From NCBI GenBank assembly GCA_024278215.1, contig JAJRTR010000036.1:1-37166 (forward strand): a stretch of 37,166 nucleotides of DNA, written 5' to 3'. The notes under the pieces are model-generated. The model was not told where the DNA came from. It saw nothing but the letters and a program-made list of their open reading frames with translations, and did not search any database. Origin of the DNA: a bacterium (GTDB lineage: Bacteria; UBP15; UBA6099; JAJRTR01). Every line of letters begins with the position of its first letter. Positions within the stretch are counted from its first letter, which is position 1. This document shows, piece after piece, positions 19,606-28,858 of the stretch. The position numbers were made by a program, and so were the translations under genes.

Positions 19606-20946
19606 ATGAATTGCAGTGATGTCAGAGAACTTATAAACGCATACATCGACGGCGAACTCGGACAGTTCGAAGCACATCAGGTCGAGCGTCATATCGATAA
19701 GTGCGAAAGTTGCCGCGAGGAGACTGAACAGTTCCGTAAAACAAGCGCTCTGATCGCCGAGTATGGCCGTGAGACGGCACCTGCCTCATTGATCAACGAT
19801 ATCCGCATGAAAATGGAAAAGGAAAAATCCGGCATGATAAATCTCCGGTCATTCCGAAAAACAGGGTGGTGGGCTCTGGCGGCAAGTTTCATCCTTATCG
19901 TGCTTGGCGGCGCATATATGAATGTCTTCAAAATAAATGGAAACAGTCCGGCACCCGCGCAACAGGTGATGGCCGCCGCACCGACAGTCGTAAAGCCGGA
20001 AACACTATCGCACGCCGCAGTGCCTGAACCTGAAGAAATGCACGCGGCAGAGGCCGGCGGCACAGGCGCGCTTCTCTCCGATACGGCAGCGGCTGAAATT
20101 GCCGCGGAAGATACGGTCGGAGAAGAAGATAGCGCGGGAGTCACATCGCCATCACCCGCACTGCCTGCGAAACGCATGGCAACCGCGGCATCGGCACCGG
20201 TCCCATCACACACTACGGCTGACACTGCGGCCTCGGAGGACAAACCGGCAGAAGGCATGACCGACCGGGAAGTAGTCCTCACCAGGGTTCGCGAAGAATT
20301 CGATAATATGGAACATAAACTGGAGATGAAACGCATACTGAACGGAGGGTCGGATTCCGAACCGGCTGATGGTCATGCAGCCGGCTTTTCCGCCGAACCC
20401 TCCGGAGTAATTGTGCCGGTATCGGCGCGAACAGCGGAAGGCAGGTCCGCGGCAGGCCGGATCATTACAGTGGGCGCGGGCGGCGTATCGCCCAGAGTAG
20501 TCACAGGCGGATTCAACATCATGGAGGAAGTACCATCATACGAATCTGCTGCCTACGGTGATACTCCGTCCGGCGTTTCGGCCTTCGCAAGGTCCGCTGC
20601 GGCGGTTGATACATCTCAATATATGCGCAGGGTGCTTCGGGCTGAAGATGTCTATTCTGTAGAGAATGCGGACGCGGCGGCGGCTGAATGCGAGCGGATC
20701 ATCGAAGAAACACTTGCCGCCGCCGGAGACAACGACACGAAATATATCCGCGACGGTCGAAGTGTCATCCTGCGCGGCAGGTTCAGCACAGTGGATGCCA
20801 TCAGAAGAAAACTCATCTCGAACTTTACGGGCAACGACGACATCGGAGAATCGACAATAACCGGTATCACATCGTCCAGCGCTACATCCACACAGCGGAT
20901 ACCTCCGGACCTGACGGCTGTTCTTCAAATAAACTTTACATATTAG
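19606..20946 (+). CDS. Zinc-binding (zf-HC2) anti-sigma factor with a long extracytoplasmic region
   Basis: MNC...AYIDGEL...HIDKCESC (HxxxCxxC); one TM helix; directly downstream of the ECF sigma. Confidence 0.9.
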   Translation: MNCSDVRELINAYIDGELGQFEAHQVERHIDKCESCREETEQFRKTSALIAEYGRETAPASLINDIRMKMEKEKSGMINLRSFRKTGWWALAASFILIVLGGAYMNVFKINGNSPAPAQQVMAAAPTVVKPETLSHAAVPEPEEMHAAEAGGTGALLSDTAAAEIAAEDTVGEEDSAGVTSPSPALPAKRMATAASAPVPSHTTADTAASEDKPAEGMTDREVVLTRVREEFDNMEHKLEMKRILNGGSDSEPADGHAAGFSAEPSGVIVPVSARTAEGRSAAGRIITVGAGGVSPRVVTGGFNIMEEVPSYESAAYGDTPSGVSAFARSAAAVDTSQYMRRVLRAEDVYSVENADAAAAECERIIEETLAAAGDNDTKYIRDGRSVILRGRFSTVDAIRRKLISNFTGNDDIGESTITGITSSSATSTQRIPPDLTAVLQINFTY

Positions 20947-21140
20947 TGTCGTGTCAACTTTGTATCGACGTTTTGAGTGTAGACAAGGGCGCGGTCACTG
21001 TACCGCACCTGAGCATATATTACGCATAACTGTTTGTACGACCAAAAGTTGAGGCGCGCCGCGGTGACCGCGCCCTACACTTTTTCTGTTCCTGCCACTA
21101 AATCATTTTCTTACGTCTTTTCATCGCCGACACGACAATA
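20944..21140. repeat. MITE/REP-like nested inverted-repeat element
   Basis: Outer TAGTGTCGTGTC / GACACGACAATA (11/12); inner perfect 13-bp AGGGCGCGGTCAC (20986-20998) / GTGACCGCGCCCT (21064-21076). Confidence 0.65.
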
Positions 21141-21299
21141 AAAAGTGTTCTTTCCTTTGTACATGATAATCGTAACTATGCGAGCCGCTTACGAAAGTCT
21201 GAATTGTTATCGACGACGGCGGTCCTGTGTGCACAATGACGTTCTTCCGGTTTTTGAACCCGCATTTGTGAAATAAGCGGGTTATTTATGCCGTGGTCT

Positions 21300-21731
21300 T
21301 TACATGATTTCAAGCAGTTCGAGTTCGAACTGGAGGTCTTTGCCGGCGAGCGGATGGTTGGCGTCGAGAGTTACCATGTCGTCTGTGACATGTGTTATCT
21401 CGGCCACAAGCTGCTGCCCGTCTCCGCGGTCGACCTGCAGGAACTGGCCGACAACAAGATTGATGTTTTCCGGCAGCTTACTTCTTTCCACCTGTGCCAC
21501 CATATCTTCGCGGTGCGGGCCATAACCCTCTTCGGCGGTAAAGCATATCGTCTTCTTCTCGCCGGTTTTCATGCCCAGCAGCGCCTTTTCAAAGCCCGGT
21601 ATGACCTGGTTTTCCCCGAGTTTCACTTCGAGCGGCTCGTTTCGTTCTACAGACGTGTCGAATATTTCTCCATTATTGAATGTCCCTGTATAGTGTACTC
21701 GCACTGTGTCGCCAGCATTCGCAGTTGCCAT
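21300..21731 (-). CDS. FKBP-type peptidyl-prolyl isomerase (SlyD/FkpB-like)
   Basis: VHYTG...G..FD.S, VIPGFE.AL.GM, DANHPLAGK.L.F. Confidence 0.95.
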   Translation of the reverse strand: MATANAGDTVRVHYTGTFNNGEIFDTSVERNEPLEVKLGENQVIPGFEKALLGMKTGEKKTICFTAEEGYGPHREDMVAQVERSKLPENINLVVGQFLQVDRGDGQQLVAEITHVTDDMVTLDANHPLAGKDLQFELELLEIM

Positions 21732-21766
21732 GATTTTCTCCTGTTTCTGTCGTTTGCTACGGTAGC

Positions 21767-21793
21767 AAAACAGCCCCGTTCCCGGGGCTGTTT
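21767..21793 (-). terminator. Intrinsic terminator-like hairpin downstream of the SCP2 gene
   Basis: AAACAGCCCC-N6-GGGGCTGTTT stem with a short U tract on the minus strand. Confidence 0.55.
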
Positions 21794-21846
21794 GAATATC
21801 GATACAATTAAGTTCGATTGAAAGCTTTTGAAAAATCAGTCAATGA

Positions 21847-22176
21847 TTATTCAGGTTTTTTGAAGACCTTCTGCGATTTCATGACATCTGCCATATTTCC
21901 CTGAATGCGGATTTTACCTGTCATGAAAGCTGTTGTCGGTTCAACTGTGCCCTCTGCGATTCCAACCCATGTTTCGGCATCGGTTTCGAGTGTGGCTGTG
22001 GCATCATCTGCTGAGCCCGCTTCGACTGTGCATGCGCCGCCCGAGACTGTGACTACCCACTCTCCTCCGCCTTCGCCATCAATTTTGTACTGAACTTTTG
22101 CTTCCCAGTCGCCCGCGGCTTCCGCATCGAACTGATTGGGCATTTCGGTGAAGATTTCCTCGCATGTGTAACCCAT
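21847..22176 (-). CDS. SCP2 sterol/lipid carrier protein
   Basis: GEGGGEW.V.V..G...V..G......T......W.....G......AFMTGKIRIQGN. Confidence 0.9.
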   Translation of the reverse strand: MGYTCEEIFTEMPNQFDAEAAGDWEAKVQYKIDGEGGGEWVVTVSGGACTVEAGSADDATATLETDAETWVGIAEGTVEPTTAFMTGKIRIQGNMADVMKSQKVFKKPE

Positions 22177-22255
22177 TTACAACACCTCCAGTATTTTTAT
22201 TTCTTTTTAATTTCTCCAATTGATAAACTGCCATATATGACAAAACAATGCCAGC

Positions 22256-22284
22256 ATAATATCAGACGATAACACCTTTGTCAA
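22256..22284 (-). promoter_or_regulatory. Sigma-70 promoter for the SCP2 gene
   Basis: TTGACA-N17-TATTAT with extended -10 TG on the minus strand. Confidence 0.65.
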
Positions 22285-22417
22285 GCGATTTCAACTGCCG
22301 TGGCCGGATGATTTTTACAGGGTGATTCTCGTACCGCATCCTGTCCATTATCGCTGCAATCGCCGCTACCGTCTGCATGGTAACAATGTCGGTTACTTGC
22401 CCGTTATTTACTGTTCA

Positions 22418-23203
22418 TTATTGCGTGATAAGTTTTGATTCACGCTCGATCAGATCGTATACTTTCTCGAAAACGATTTCCCTTTCAACATCCAGCGTCA
22501 CCACATGGCCCGACCTGTCGAGTTTCACAAACTCCTTTTTCTCGCTGGAAATATTATTAAAAATAAGCTCCGCGTTTGACATTGTGAGCATCTCGTCGCT
22601 TCGGCTGTGCAGGATCAGCATTGGACATTTGATCCCGGGCAAACCGGCACGCACCTGTGGAAGCCCCACATTGTTCAGGCTCGCAATGCAGGGGAGCGGG
22701 AAATGATCGTAGGATTTATGGAGCTTGCGCATTTCCGGGTCCTCAAATTCATCGGCTTTATCTTTCGGAAAATATTTTACGAAACGCCCGATTACGGGCA
22801 GCAGCCATTTGACGCGCCAGTCGGTCACGAGCGTGGCGCCCGCCAGACTTGCCGCTCCCGGCAGATCGTATCGAGCCGCAAGGTAGAGAGTCAGCGCACC
22901 ACCCATCGAAAGCCCGGCTACAAACACTTCTTCGCACTCTTTTCGCAGGTCGAAAAGGCCCTGTTCGGCAGCTCCGGCCCAGTCTTCCCATCGCGTTTTT
23001 ATCATATCCTGAGGTGTTGTGCCGTGGCCCGGCAGCTGGATGCAGCTCACAGTTATGTCGCGCTGGGCGAGATATTCGCCCAGCGGCAGCAATTCGGGCG
23101 GTGTGCCAGTGAACCCGTGCAGGAGTAGGCATCCCACCGGGCCGCGTTTGAGATAAAAAGGTTCTGTGTTCAGAGGTTCCGGGTTTCCGGGATTAAAATT
23201 CAT
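22418..23203 (-). CDS. Carboxylesterase/monoacylglycerol lipase (Est30/YvaK-like alpha/beta hydrolase)
   Basis: LLHGFTG, LPGHG, GLSMGG nucleophile, downstream Asp (SRSDE) and His (SGHV). Confidence 0.92.
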   Translation of the reverse strand: MNFNPGNPEPLNTEPFYLKRGPVGCLLLHGFTGTPPELLPLGEYLAQRDITVSCIQLPGHGTTPQDMIKTRWEDWAGAAEQGLFDLRKECEEVFVAGLSMGGALTLYLAARYDLPGAASLAGATLVTDWRVKWLLPVIGRFVKYFPKDKADEFEDPEMRKLHKSYDHFPLPCIASLNNVGLPQVRAGLPGIKCPMLILHSRSDEMLTMSNAELIFNNISSEKKEFVKLDRSGHVVTLDVEREIVFEKVYDLIERESKLITQ

Positions 23204-23390
23204 GGTTTCATTCTCTCAGATTCCAGTTCTGCGTTTTTATAATATACCATCAATAAATTTTTCGGACAACAAAAAAGTGACACTTCGCTATATGGTGTGG
23301 GTATGGAAATATAGTGTGCTTGTGGTCGAACTGATAATTTGGCAACGACATCTGTAGAGTTTACGCTTATTCTTTGCAGGCTTTTTGTCA

Positions 23391-23599
23391 TAATCCGGCA
23401 TTTTCAGGTGGGAAGTTCAGGCTAAAGCAAGCAGTATTGGGGTTGGGGGCCTGTGAGACGCAGCAGCACAGGTGTCACGCCTTGTACCGCCCATGAACTT
23501 TTCATCGTCCCGGGGCTCCGCCCCCCCGGAACACAGGGAATGAACACTCCGCGTTCACCGATCTCTTTTTCAGCATTTCTTTGTGAGAAATCCGGGTTA
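23391..23599. repeat. MITE-like structured element with imperfect TAACCCGGATTTCTCA-type ends
   Basis: TAATCCGGCATTTTCA (23391-23406) vs TGAGAAATCCGGGTTA (23584-23599); GC-rich internal hairpins; the same end motif occurs at about 3472-3497 and 34832-34853. Confidence 0.55.
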
Positions 23600-23666
23600 A
23601 GTAAACGGTATTGCCTTTAGTTACGGATCGTGTCCCCGGGAAATTCTTCGCCTGGTTAAAGTGTTA

Positions 23667-24905
23667 CTACGAACCGAATTCGTCTTTGACTATTTTATAT
23701 GCGGCGTCCGCATGTTCGAGGGTTTTATTGATGTCGTCCTCGGTGTGCGCCGAACTGAGGAACCAGTTGTGGTGCGGGTGGAAGAACGAACCACGCTTTG
23801 TCACTTCGGCGCAGAAGAGCTGGTTGCGTAAAAAGTTGTCCTCGTTGGCAAAGCGCATGAACGGTATCGAGTACGGACCGGATATTTTCACCTGAAGCCC
23901 ATGTGTTTTCGCGAGGTCTTCGAGTCCTTTCATGAGTTTTTCGCCCATATCCATCATAATCTTCACGGAGTTTTCTTCCGCCATCACATCGAGCACGGCG
24001 CACGCGGCGGCCATGGGCACGGAACTGTTCCAGTAGCTGCCTGTCAGGAAGACTTTCGAGGCGTCGTTTTTGAACTTGTCTTTGCCCATGCACGCGCTGA
24101 GTGGATGGGTGTTGCCAATGGCCTTGCAGAAGCAGACGAGGTCGGGCTCGAAACCGAAATAAACGTGCGAGCCGCGTGGGTCGAGCCTGAAGCCTGCGCG
24201 CACATCGTCCACGATCAGAACGATCTCCTCTTCGTTGCATGTTTTCTGTATTGTCTGCCACCAGCCGTCAGCCGGCATGATCGAGTCGCCGAACGCGGGG
24301 TGGTGGTAAGGTGTCATTATAACAGCGGCGATTTCGCCACGATATTTTTCTATCTGCTGGTGGAAGCTCGACTCGTCGTTCCATGTGAAGAGATGAACAT
24401 TCGAGCGGTCTTCCGCGATCAGGCCCGCGTGTCCTGGTGTGCACCAGGCGTGCGCGCCGTGATACGCGCCCGATACCATCAGGACTTTCGAGCGGCCTGT
24501 GTGTTCCCTCGCCACCTGTATCGACCACGAAGTTACGTCCGAGCCGTTTTTGGCGAAGACCGACCAGTCCATGCCGGAGACGAGATTGACGAGTTTTTCC
24601 GCAAGCTCGACCATCACCGGACCGGGATGGTTGAAGCAGTTGCCCTTCTTGCTCTGCTCGCTGACCGCCGCCTCGACTTTCGGGTGGTTGTAGCCGAGCA
24701 CCATCGGGCCATAAGCGCATATATAGTCGATAAACTCGTTGCCGTCGATGTCCCAGTAGTGGCTGCCCTGCCCTCTTTCGGCGTAGTAAGGAAAAGAGCC
24801 GGGCACGAGAATCGCCGGGCTTTCGTGGCCGTAGATTCCCGAAGGAATCAATGTCGTGGCCTTCTTGAACAATTCCATTGATTTATCGAATTTGTATGTT
24901 TCCAT
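23667..24905 (-). CDS. Class III PLP aminotransferase, aminopentol aminotransferase (FumI)-like
   Basis: IPSGIYGHES, DYICAYGP, KNGSD, GAYHG, DDVRAGFR, CFCK (PLP lysine), TGSYW, HPHHNWFLSSAH. Confidence 0.85.
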   Translation of the reverse strand: METYKFDKSMELFKKATTLIPSGIYGHESPAILVPGSFPYYAERGQGSHYWDIDGNEFIDYICAYGPMVLGYNHPKVEAAVSEQSKKGNCFNHPGPVMVELAEKLVNLVSGMDWSVFAKNGSDVTSWSIQVAREHTGRSKVLMVSGAYHGAHAWCTPGHAGLIAEDRSNVHLFTWNDESSFHQQIEKYRGEIAAVIMTPYHHPAFGDSIMPADGWWQTIQKTCNEEEIVLIVDDVRAGFRLDPRGSHVYFGFEPDLVCFCKAIGNTHPLSACMGKDKFKNDASKVFLTGSYWNSSVPMAAACAVLDVMAEENSVKIMMDMGEKLMKGLEDLAKTHGLQVKISGPYSIPFMRFANEDNFLRNQLFCAEVTKRGSFFHPHHNWFLSSAHTEDDINKTLEHADAAYKIVKDEFGS

Positions 24906-24949
24906 TTTTGCAGTCCCCCTTGCGTCACAGGAGTTGTGTATATGTGAGA

Positions 24950-25714
24950 TTAAGGCAACAGTACGCTGAGCCTGTCGAGAAAAGCGTTGACGTTGTCCAC
25001 GAAAGGAATCAGGCCGCGAATGCGAATATCGGTCAGGCCGAGCGCGGCCATAGCGTCCGTCTGTCCGCTGAAAAGTTCGTACGCGAGTTGCACGCCTTCA
25101 ATGTCCATATATGCGTCGGCAGCGCCCGGGGCCTCGCCCTTTGCGGCGCTGAACACTCCACCCGTTTTTTTGATATACGCCGCCGGCCCGTCGGGCAGTA
25201 TCTTTATCTGCAAGACGCCCTCGGCTGTGTTCTGCGAAAGGCTCGCCACATGATCGTCGTGGTTTGCGACCTCGCACGCGCCGAACACCGCCGCATACAA
25301 CATAAGCTTCACGATGAAAGCGTAATTCGCCTTGTCCGACAGCACTTCGTCCGTCGGCTGCATGTAGTACTCCAGCCGCTTTGTAAGTTCCGTGAATTTC
25401 GCGAGTATACCGACATGCCAGAAACCCATCCACGGTATCGGTATCACGTTCTGGCCCTGGAACATCGCATTCAGTTTCGCCGGTTCGGTGAGATAGAGCG
25501 CAATAGAAGGTATAGTAATACTCCTGCGCAACGCGTCGCACTTACCGTTTCTGAACACAAGTGTCGTAGCCGGTCCGCCCGCCTGGTGGAGCATGATCGA
25601 ACATTTCCAGCTCTTCACCATCTCCTTTGCCACATCGTCGTAGCCCACGACTTCTTCGAGCAGCGGCAGAACAGCCCTGAGGTAAATACGTGAGAGAACC
25701 TGTTCCGAGTTCAA
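24950..25714 (-). CDS. Hypothetical protein with two degenerate SCP2-like domains
   Basis: Two halves each with GP...L/Y.....G and a C-terminal A..LFSG..DAMAALG...IRIRG pattern. GGAGG RBS favours TTG at 25714 (ORF track uses 25723). Confidence 0.6.
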   Translation of the reverse strand: MNSEQVLSRIYLRAVLPLLEEVVGYDDVAKEMVKSWKCSIMLHQAGGPATTLVFRNGKCDALRRSITIPSIALYLTEPAKLNAMFQGQNVIPIPWMGFWHVGILAKFTELTKRLEYYMQPTDEVLSDKANYAFIVKLMLYAAVFGACEVANHDDHVASLSQNTAEGVLQIKILPDGPAAYIKKTGGVFSAAKGEAPGAADAYMDIEGVQLAYELFSGQTDAMAALGLTDIRIRGLIPFVDNVNAFLDRLSVLLP

Positions 25715-25761
25715 GAAGGGCACCTCCCGTTTTCGTTTTAAAAACAGTAGTTTGAAATATT

Positions 25762-25822
25762 TATTCCAACTTTTGGAATATCCAACAAATGGAATAATAT
25801 CACCTTTTTTTTATGTTTGCAA
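25762..25822 (-). promoter_or_regulatory. Sigma-70 promoter with a downstream palindromic operator
   Basis: TTGCAA-N17-TATTAT (25822-25794) with extended TG; TATTCCAA-N3-TTGGAATA at 25762-25780. Confidence 0.55.
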
Positions 25823-25904
25823 GTATGAACCGATTGCTATATTCAGTTCTGCCGCGTCCGGCTGCAATCGGCCTGTATGTGTTTCAGTATTTCATCCCGC
25901 GCTT

Positions 25905-27248
25905 CTATCTCTTTTTCCTGATGGCGAAATCGACAGCCTTGATCAGCGGGTCATAAGCCTGCGAGACAGCCGGGCAATAGGCGAGTTCGAGCCGCGACAT
26001 CTGTTCGAGCGTCATGCCGGCCGCGATGGCTGTCGACACGACGTTCACACGGGAAGCGGCCCCGCTCGCCCCCACCGCCTGCGCGCCGAGCACGCGGCCT
26101 GTTTTCTTATCGGCAACAACTTTTATCGTTATTTCCGTGCCGCCGGGATACCAGTCGTACAGCGTCATGTCCTTGATTTTTCCGAATACCGGTTCATACC
26201 CGAGTGTTTTCGCGAAGGCGAGCGTGTAGCCGACCGCCGCGACATCCAGTTCGCCCACCCTCGACACGAACGCGCCCGTGACGCCCGGATACTTCGCGTC
26301 GCCGCCCGCCGCGCATGTGCCCGCTATTGTCGCCTGCGCCCAGGCGGTTGTCGATAACTGAAGTGTGAATGGTTTCCCGTCGATCAGCGCGCGCGTCTGC
26401 ACGCAATCGCCCGCCGCGTATATGCCGTCGACTGTCGTCTTCATGTTTTCGTCGACAACGATCCCGACATTACCGGTTTCTGCACCGGCTGTGGCGGCGA
26501 TTTCCGTATTTGCCCGAACGCCCGCAGCCGCGACTACTATGCCGGCGTCCTGCTCTTCGCCGTCGATCACGACCTTCTCGACTTTATCCGTTCCGCATAT
26601 TTCATCCACTTTCGCGCCGCACATCACTTTTATTCCGAGACTTTCGAGATGTGCCTGGAGGACAGACGCAATGTCCGCGTCCAGCGCGCGCGGCATCACA
26701 CCCGGCAGCATTTCCGCGACTGTAACTTCCATGCCGCAGCGCCGCAGAGCGACCGCCGTCTCGAGCCCGATCGCGCCCGCCCCGATGCACACAGCGCGAC
26801 CACCGATCCGCGCGACGTCGCGAAGTCCGGCGGCGTCTTCCGGCGTCGAAACCGTGAAGACGCCCCTGCCGATGAAGTCCGCGAGACCGGGCACAGGCGG
26901 AATGAACGTCCGCGCGCCGGTCGCGATAATCAGGCTGTCGTAATCGACCGCCAGTTCTTCACCTGTCGATTCGTTCACTGCCGTTACATTGCCGCGCGCC
27001 GGGTCGATCCGCTTCGCGCGAAAAGGCCGGATGTGCCCGACCTTCATTTTTGCCAGGTTAAGCTGGTGCTTGAGCTTGTCGAACGAGTCGATGACGCCCT
27101 CGACCGCGTAGGGCAGTCCGCACGGGTGCATCAGGTCATAGGTCTTATCGTCGATAACTACAATTTCCGCGCGCCGGTCCGTTTTTTTTGCAGCCATCAA
27201 CGCGGCGAATCCCGCCGCACCAAGCCCGATAATCACGATTTTCGCCAT
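25905..27248 (-). CDS. FAD-dependent CoA-disulfide reductase/NADH oxidase family flavoprotein
   Basis: GLGAAG, single-Cys HPCGLPY, ATG, GAGAIGLE, IYAAGDC, ELAYCP. Confidence 0.9.
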   Translation of the reverse strand: MAKIVIIGLGAAGFAALMAAKKTDRRAEIVVIDDKTYDLMHPCGLPYAVEGVIDSFDKLKHQLNLAKMKVGHIRPFRAKRIDPARGNVTAVNESTGEELAVDYDSLIIATGARTFIPPVPGLADFIGRGVFTVSTPEDAAGLRDVARIGGRAVCIGAGAIGLETAVALRRCGMEVTVAEMLPGVMPRALDADIASVLQAHLESLGIKVMCGAKVDEICGTDKVEKVVIDGEEQDAGIVVAAAGVRANTEIAATAGAETGNVGIVVDENMKTTVDGIYAAGDCVQTRALIDGKPFTLQLSTTAWAQATIAGTCAAGGDAKYPGVTGAFVSRVGELDVAAVGYTLAFAKTLGYEPVFGKIKDMTLYDWYPGGTEITIKVVADKKTGRVLGAQAVGASGAASRVNVVSTAIAAGMTLEQMSRLELAYCPAVSQAYDPLIKAVDFAIRKKR

Positions 27249-27259
27249 ATTGCCGCCGT

Positions 27260-27646
27260 TCAATCTCTGTTCTCAACAAAATCAATATATTTGCCGGCCG
27301 ACATAAGCAAGTCGAGTTCAGCCGGATCGGACATTTTTATCTTGACCATCCATCCGTCACCGAACGGCGACTGATTAACCAGTTCGGGAGCCTCCTCGAG
27401 CGCTTCGTTTACTGCTGTCACCGTTCCGCTTACAGGCGCGTACACATCGCTGACGGCCTTCACGCTCTCGACCACGACGAGTTCATCGCCCTTCGACACT
27501 TCTCGCCCCACCTCGGGCAGCTCGACGAAAACTATGTCCGTCAGTTCTGTCTGCGCGAAATCCGTTATGCCCATCCTCACTTCGCCGTCTTCGTTGCGCA
27601 CCCATTCGTGTTGATCCGAATATAACAGTTCTTCAGGTGTTTCCAT
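27260..27646 (-). CDS. gcvH: Glycine cleavage system H protein
   Basis: HEW, GITDFAQ..L.DIVFVELP, VESVKA (lipoyl lysine), P.LVN.SP..DGW. Confidence 0.97.
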   Translation of the reverse strand: METPEELLYSDQHEWVRNEDGEVRMGITDFAQTELTDIVFVELPEVGREVSKGDELVVVESVKAVSDVYAPVSGTVTAVNEALEEAPELVNQSPFGDGWMVKIKMSDPAELDLLMSAGKYIDFVENRD

Positions 27647-27647
27647 A

Positions 27648-28733
27648 TCATTTCTCTCCTCTGAATTTGATGAAGGGGCGTTTGACAATCCGCGCGGCAT
27701 ACGCCCTGCCCCTGATTATTATTTCGACATCTGTGCCGGGCACGGCGTAATTCGAGTTCAGCATCGCAAGCCCGATACCTTTCCTGAGCGTCGGCGAAAA
27801 ACAACCGCTGGTGACAACTCCGACCTCTTCGCCGCAATGAGCTACTCCATAATTTTCGCGCGGCACACCCCTCGACGTCAATTCAAAAGCCGCGATTTTC
27901 CGGTCCGTTCCCTCATCCATCTGCCTGTATATGAACTCACAGCCCGGGAAATTCTTTTCGCGCGCCACAGCGAAGCCGATTCCCGCTTCGACAGGCGTTG
28001 TGTCCTCATTTATCTCATGTCCATACAGACTGTAACACGCTTCGAGCCTCAATGTGTCGCGCGCGCCGAGTCCGGTGGGTTTCAGTCCGCGGGGCGTGCC
28101 CGCCTCGAGCAGCGCACGCCACAGCGCCGGCGTTTCCGCAGCCGGGCAGTACAGCTCGACACCGTCTTCTCCCGTGTAACCCGTGCGCGACACCAGTGTT
28201 TCCACCCCCGCGACATCCTGCCGGTTGAAGCAGAAACGCCGCGGCGCGGGCGCGGATGCTATTTCGTCGAACACGGCAATCGCCGCCGGCCCCTGGAGCG
28301 CGACCATGCCATATTCGCCGCTTCGGTTCTCGACAGCGACATCGCCGCCTGCGCGCGCCGCTATCCACTCGAAATCCGCATCCGTGCGTGAAGCGTTCAC
28401 GCACAGCATATATTTATTATCGTCCAGCATATAAACCCACAGGTCATCGACGCAGCCGCCTTTTTCGTTGGTCAAAACAGCATAAACGGCACATCCGGGA
28501 CTTAATCCGCCGATGTCGTTTGTCAGCAGCGACTGTAGAAAAGCCCGGCTGTCGCCGCCCGACACGAAAAGCTCGCCCATGTGCGAAGTGTCGAAAAGCC
28601 CCGCATGTTCACGGGTCGCCGTGTGCTCCTCGATGACGGCTGAATATTGAACCGGCATATCCCAGCCGCCGAATTCGACAATAGTCGCGCCGAGTGCCTT
28701 ATGTTCGTCGAAAAGAGGTGTTTTCTTTGCCAT
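27648..28733 (-). CDS. gcvT: Glycine cleavage system aminomethyltransferase T
   Basis: KTPL, FGGWDMPVQY, LFDTSHMG, ALQGP, RTGYTGEDG.E, GLGARDTLRLEA. Confidence 0.97.
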   Translation of the reverse strand: MAKKTPLFDEHKALGATIVEFGGWDMPVQYSAVIEEHTATREHAGLFDTSHMGELFVSGGDSRAFLQSLLTNDIGGLSPGCAVYAVLTNEKGGCVDDLWVYMLDDNKYMLCVNASRTDADFEWIAARAGGDVAVENRSGEYGMVALQGPAAIAVFDEIASAPAPRRFCFNRQDVAGVETLVSRTGYTGEDGVELYCPAAETPALWRALLEAGTPRGLKPTGLGARDTLRLEACYSLYGHEINEDTTPVEAGIGFAVAREKNFPGCEFIYRQMDEGTDRKIAAFELTSRGVPRENYGVAHCGEEVGVVTSGCFSPTLRKGIGLAMLNSNYAVPGTDVEIIIRGRAYAARIVKRPFIKFRGEK

Positions 28734-28858
28734 AGCGCCATCCCCGTGAGCAGCAATTGTTAATGAATAATATTAATAGGAATAACACGCGAATAAAACA
28801 ATATAATCCCGCAAAAACAAACTCAGTTCCCAATACCGCTTGTTTCAAAGCGCAAACA

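Noticed and set aside
23420..23580. 6S RNA or other housekeeping ncRNA
   Set aside because: No recognisable consensus; better explained as the interior of an inverted-repeat element.
23901..24881. Long antisense ORFs (also 6144..6971, 8240..9064, 35649..36791 and others)
   Set aside because: They lie opposite well-supported genes, have no motifs, and are expected in GC-rich coding DNA.
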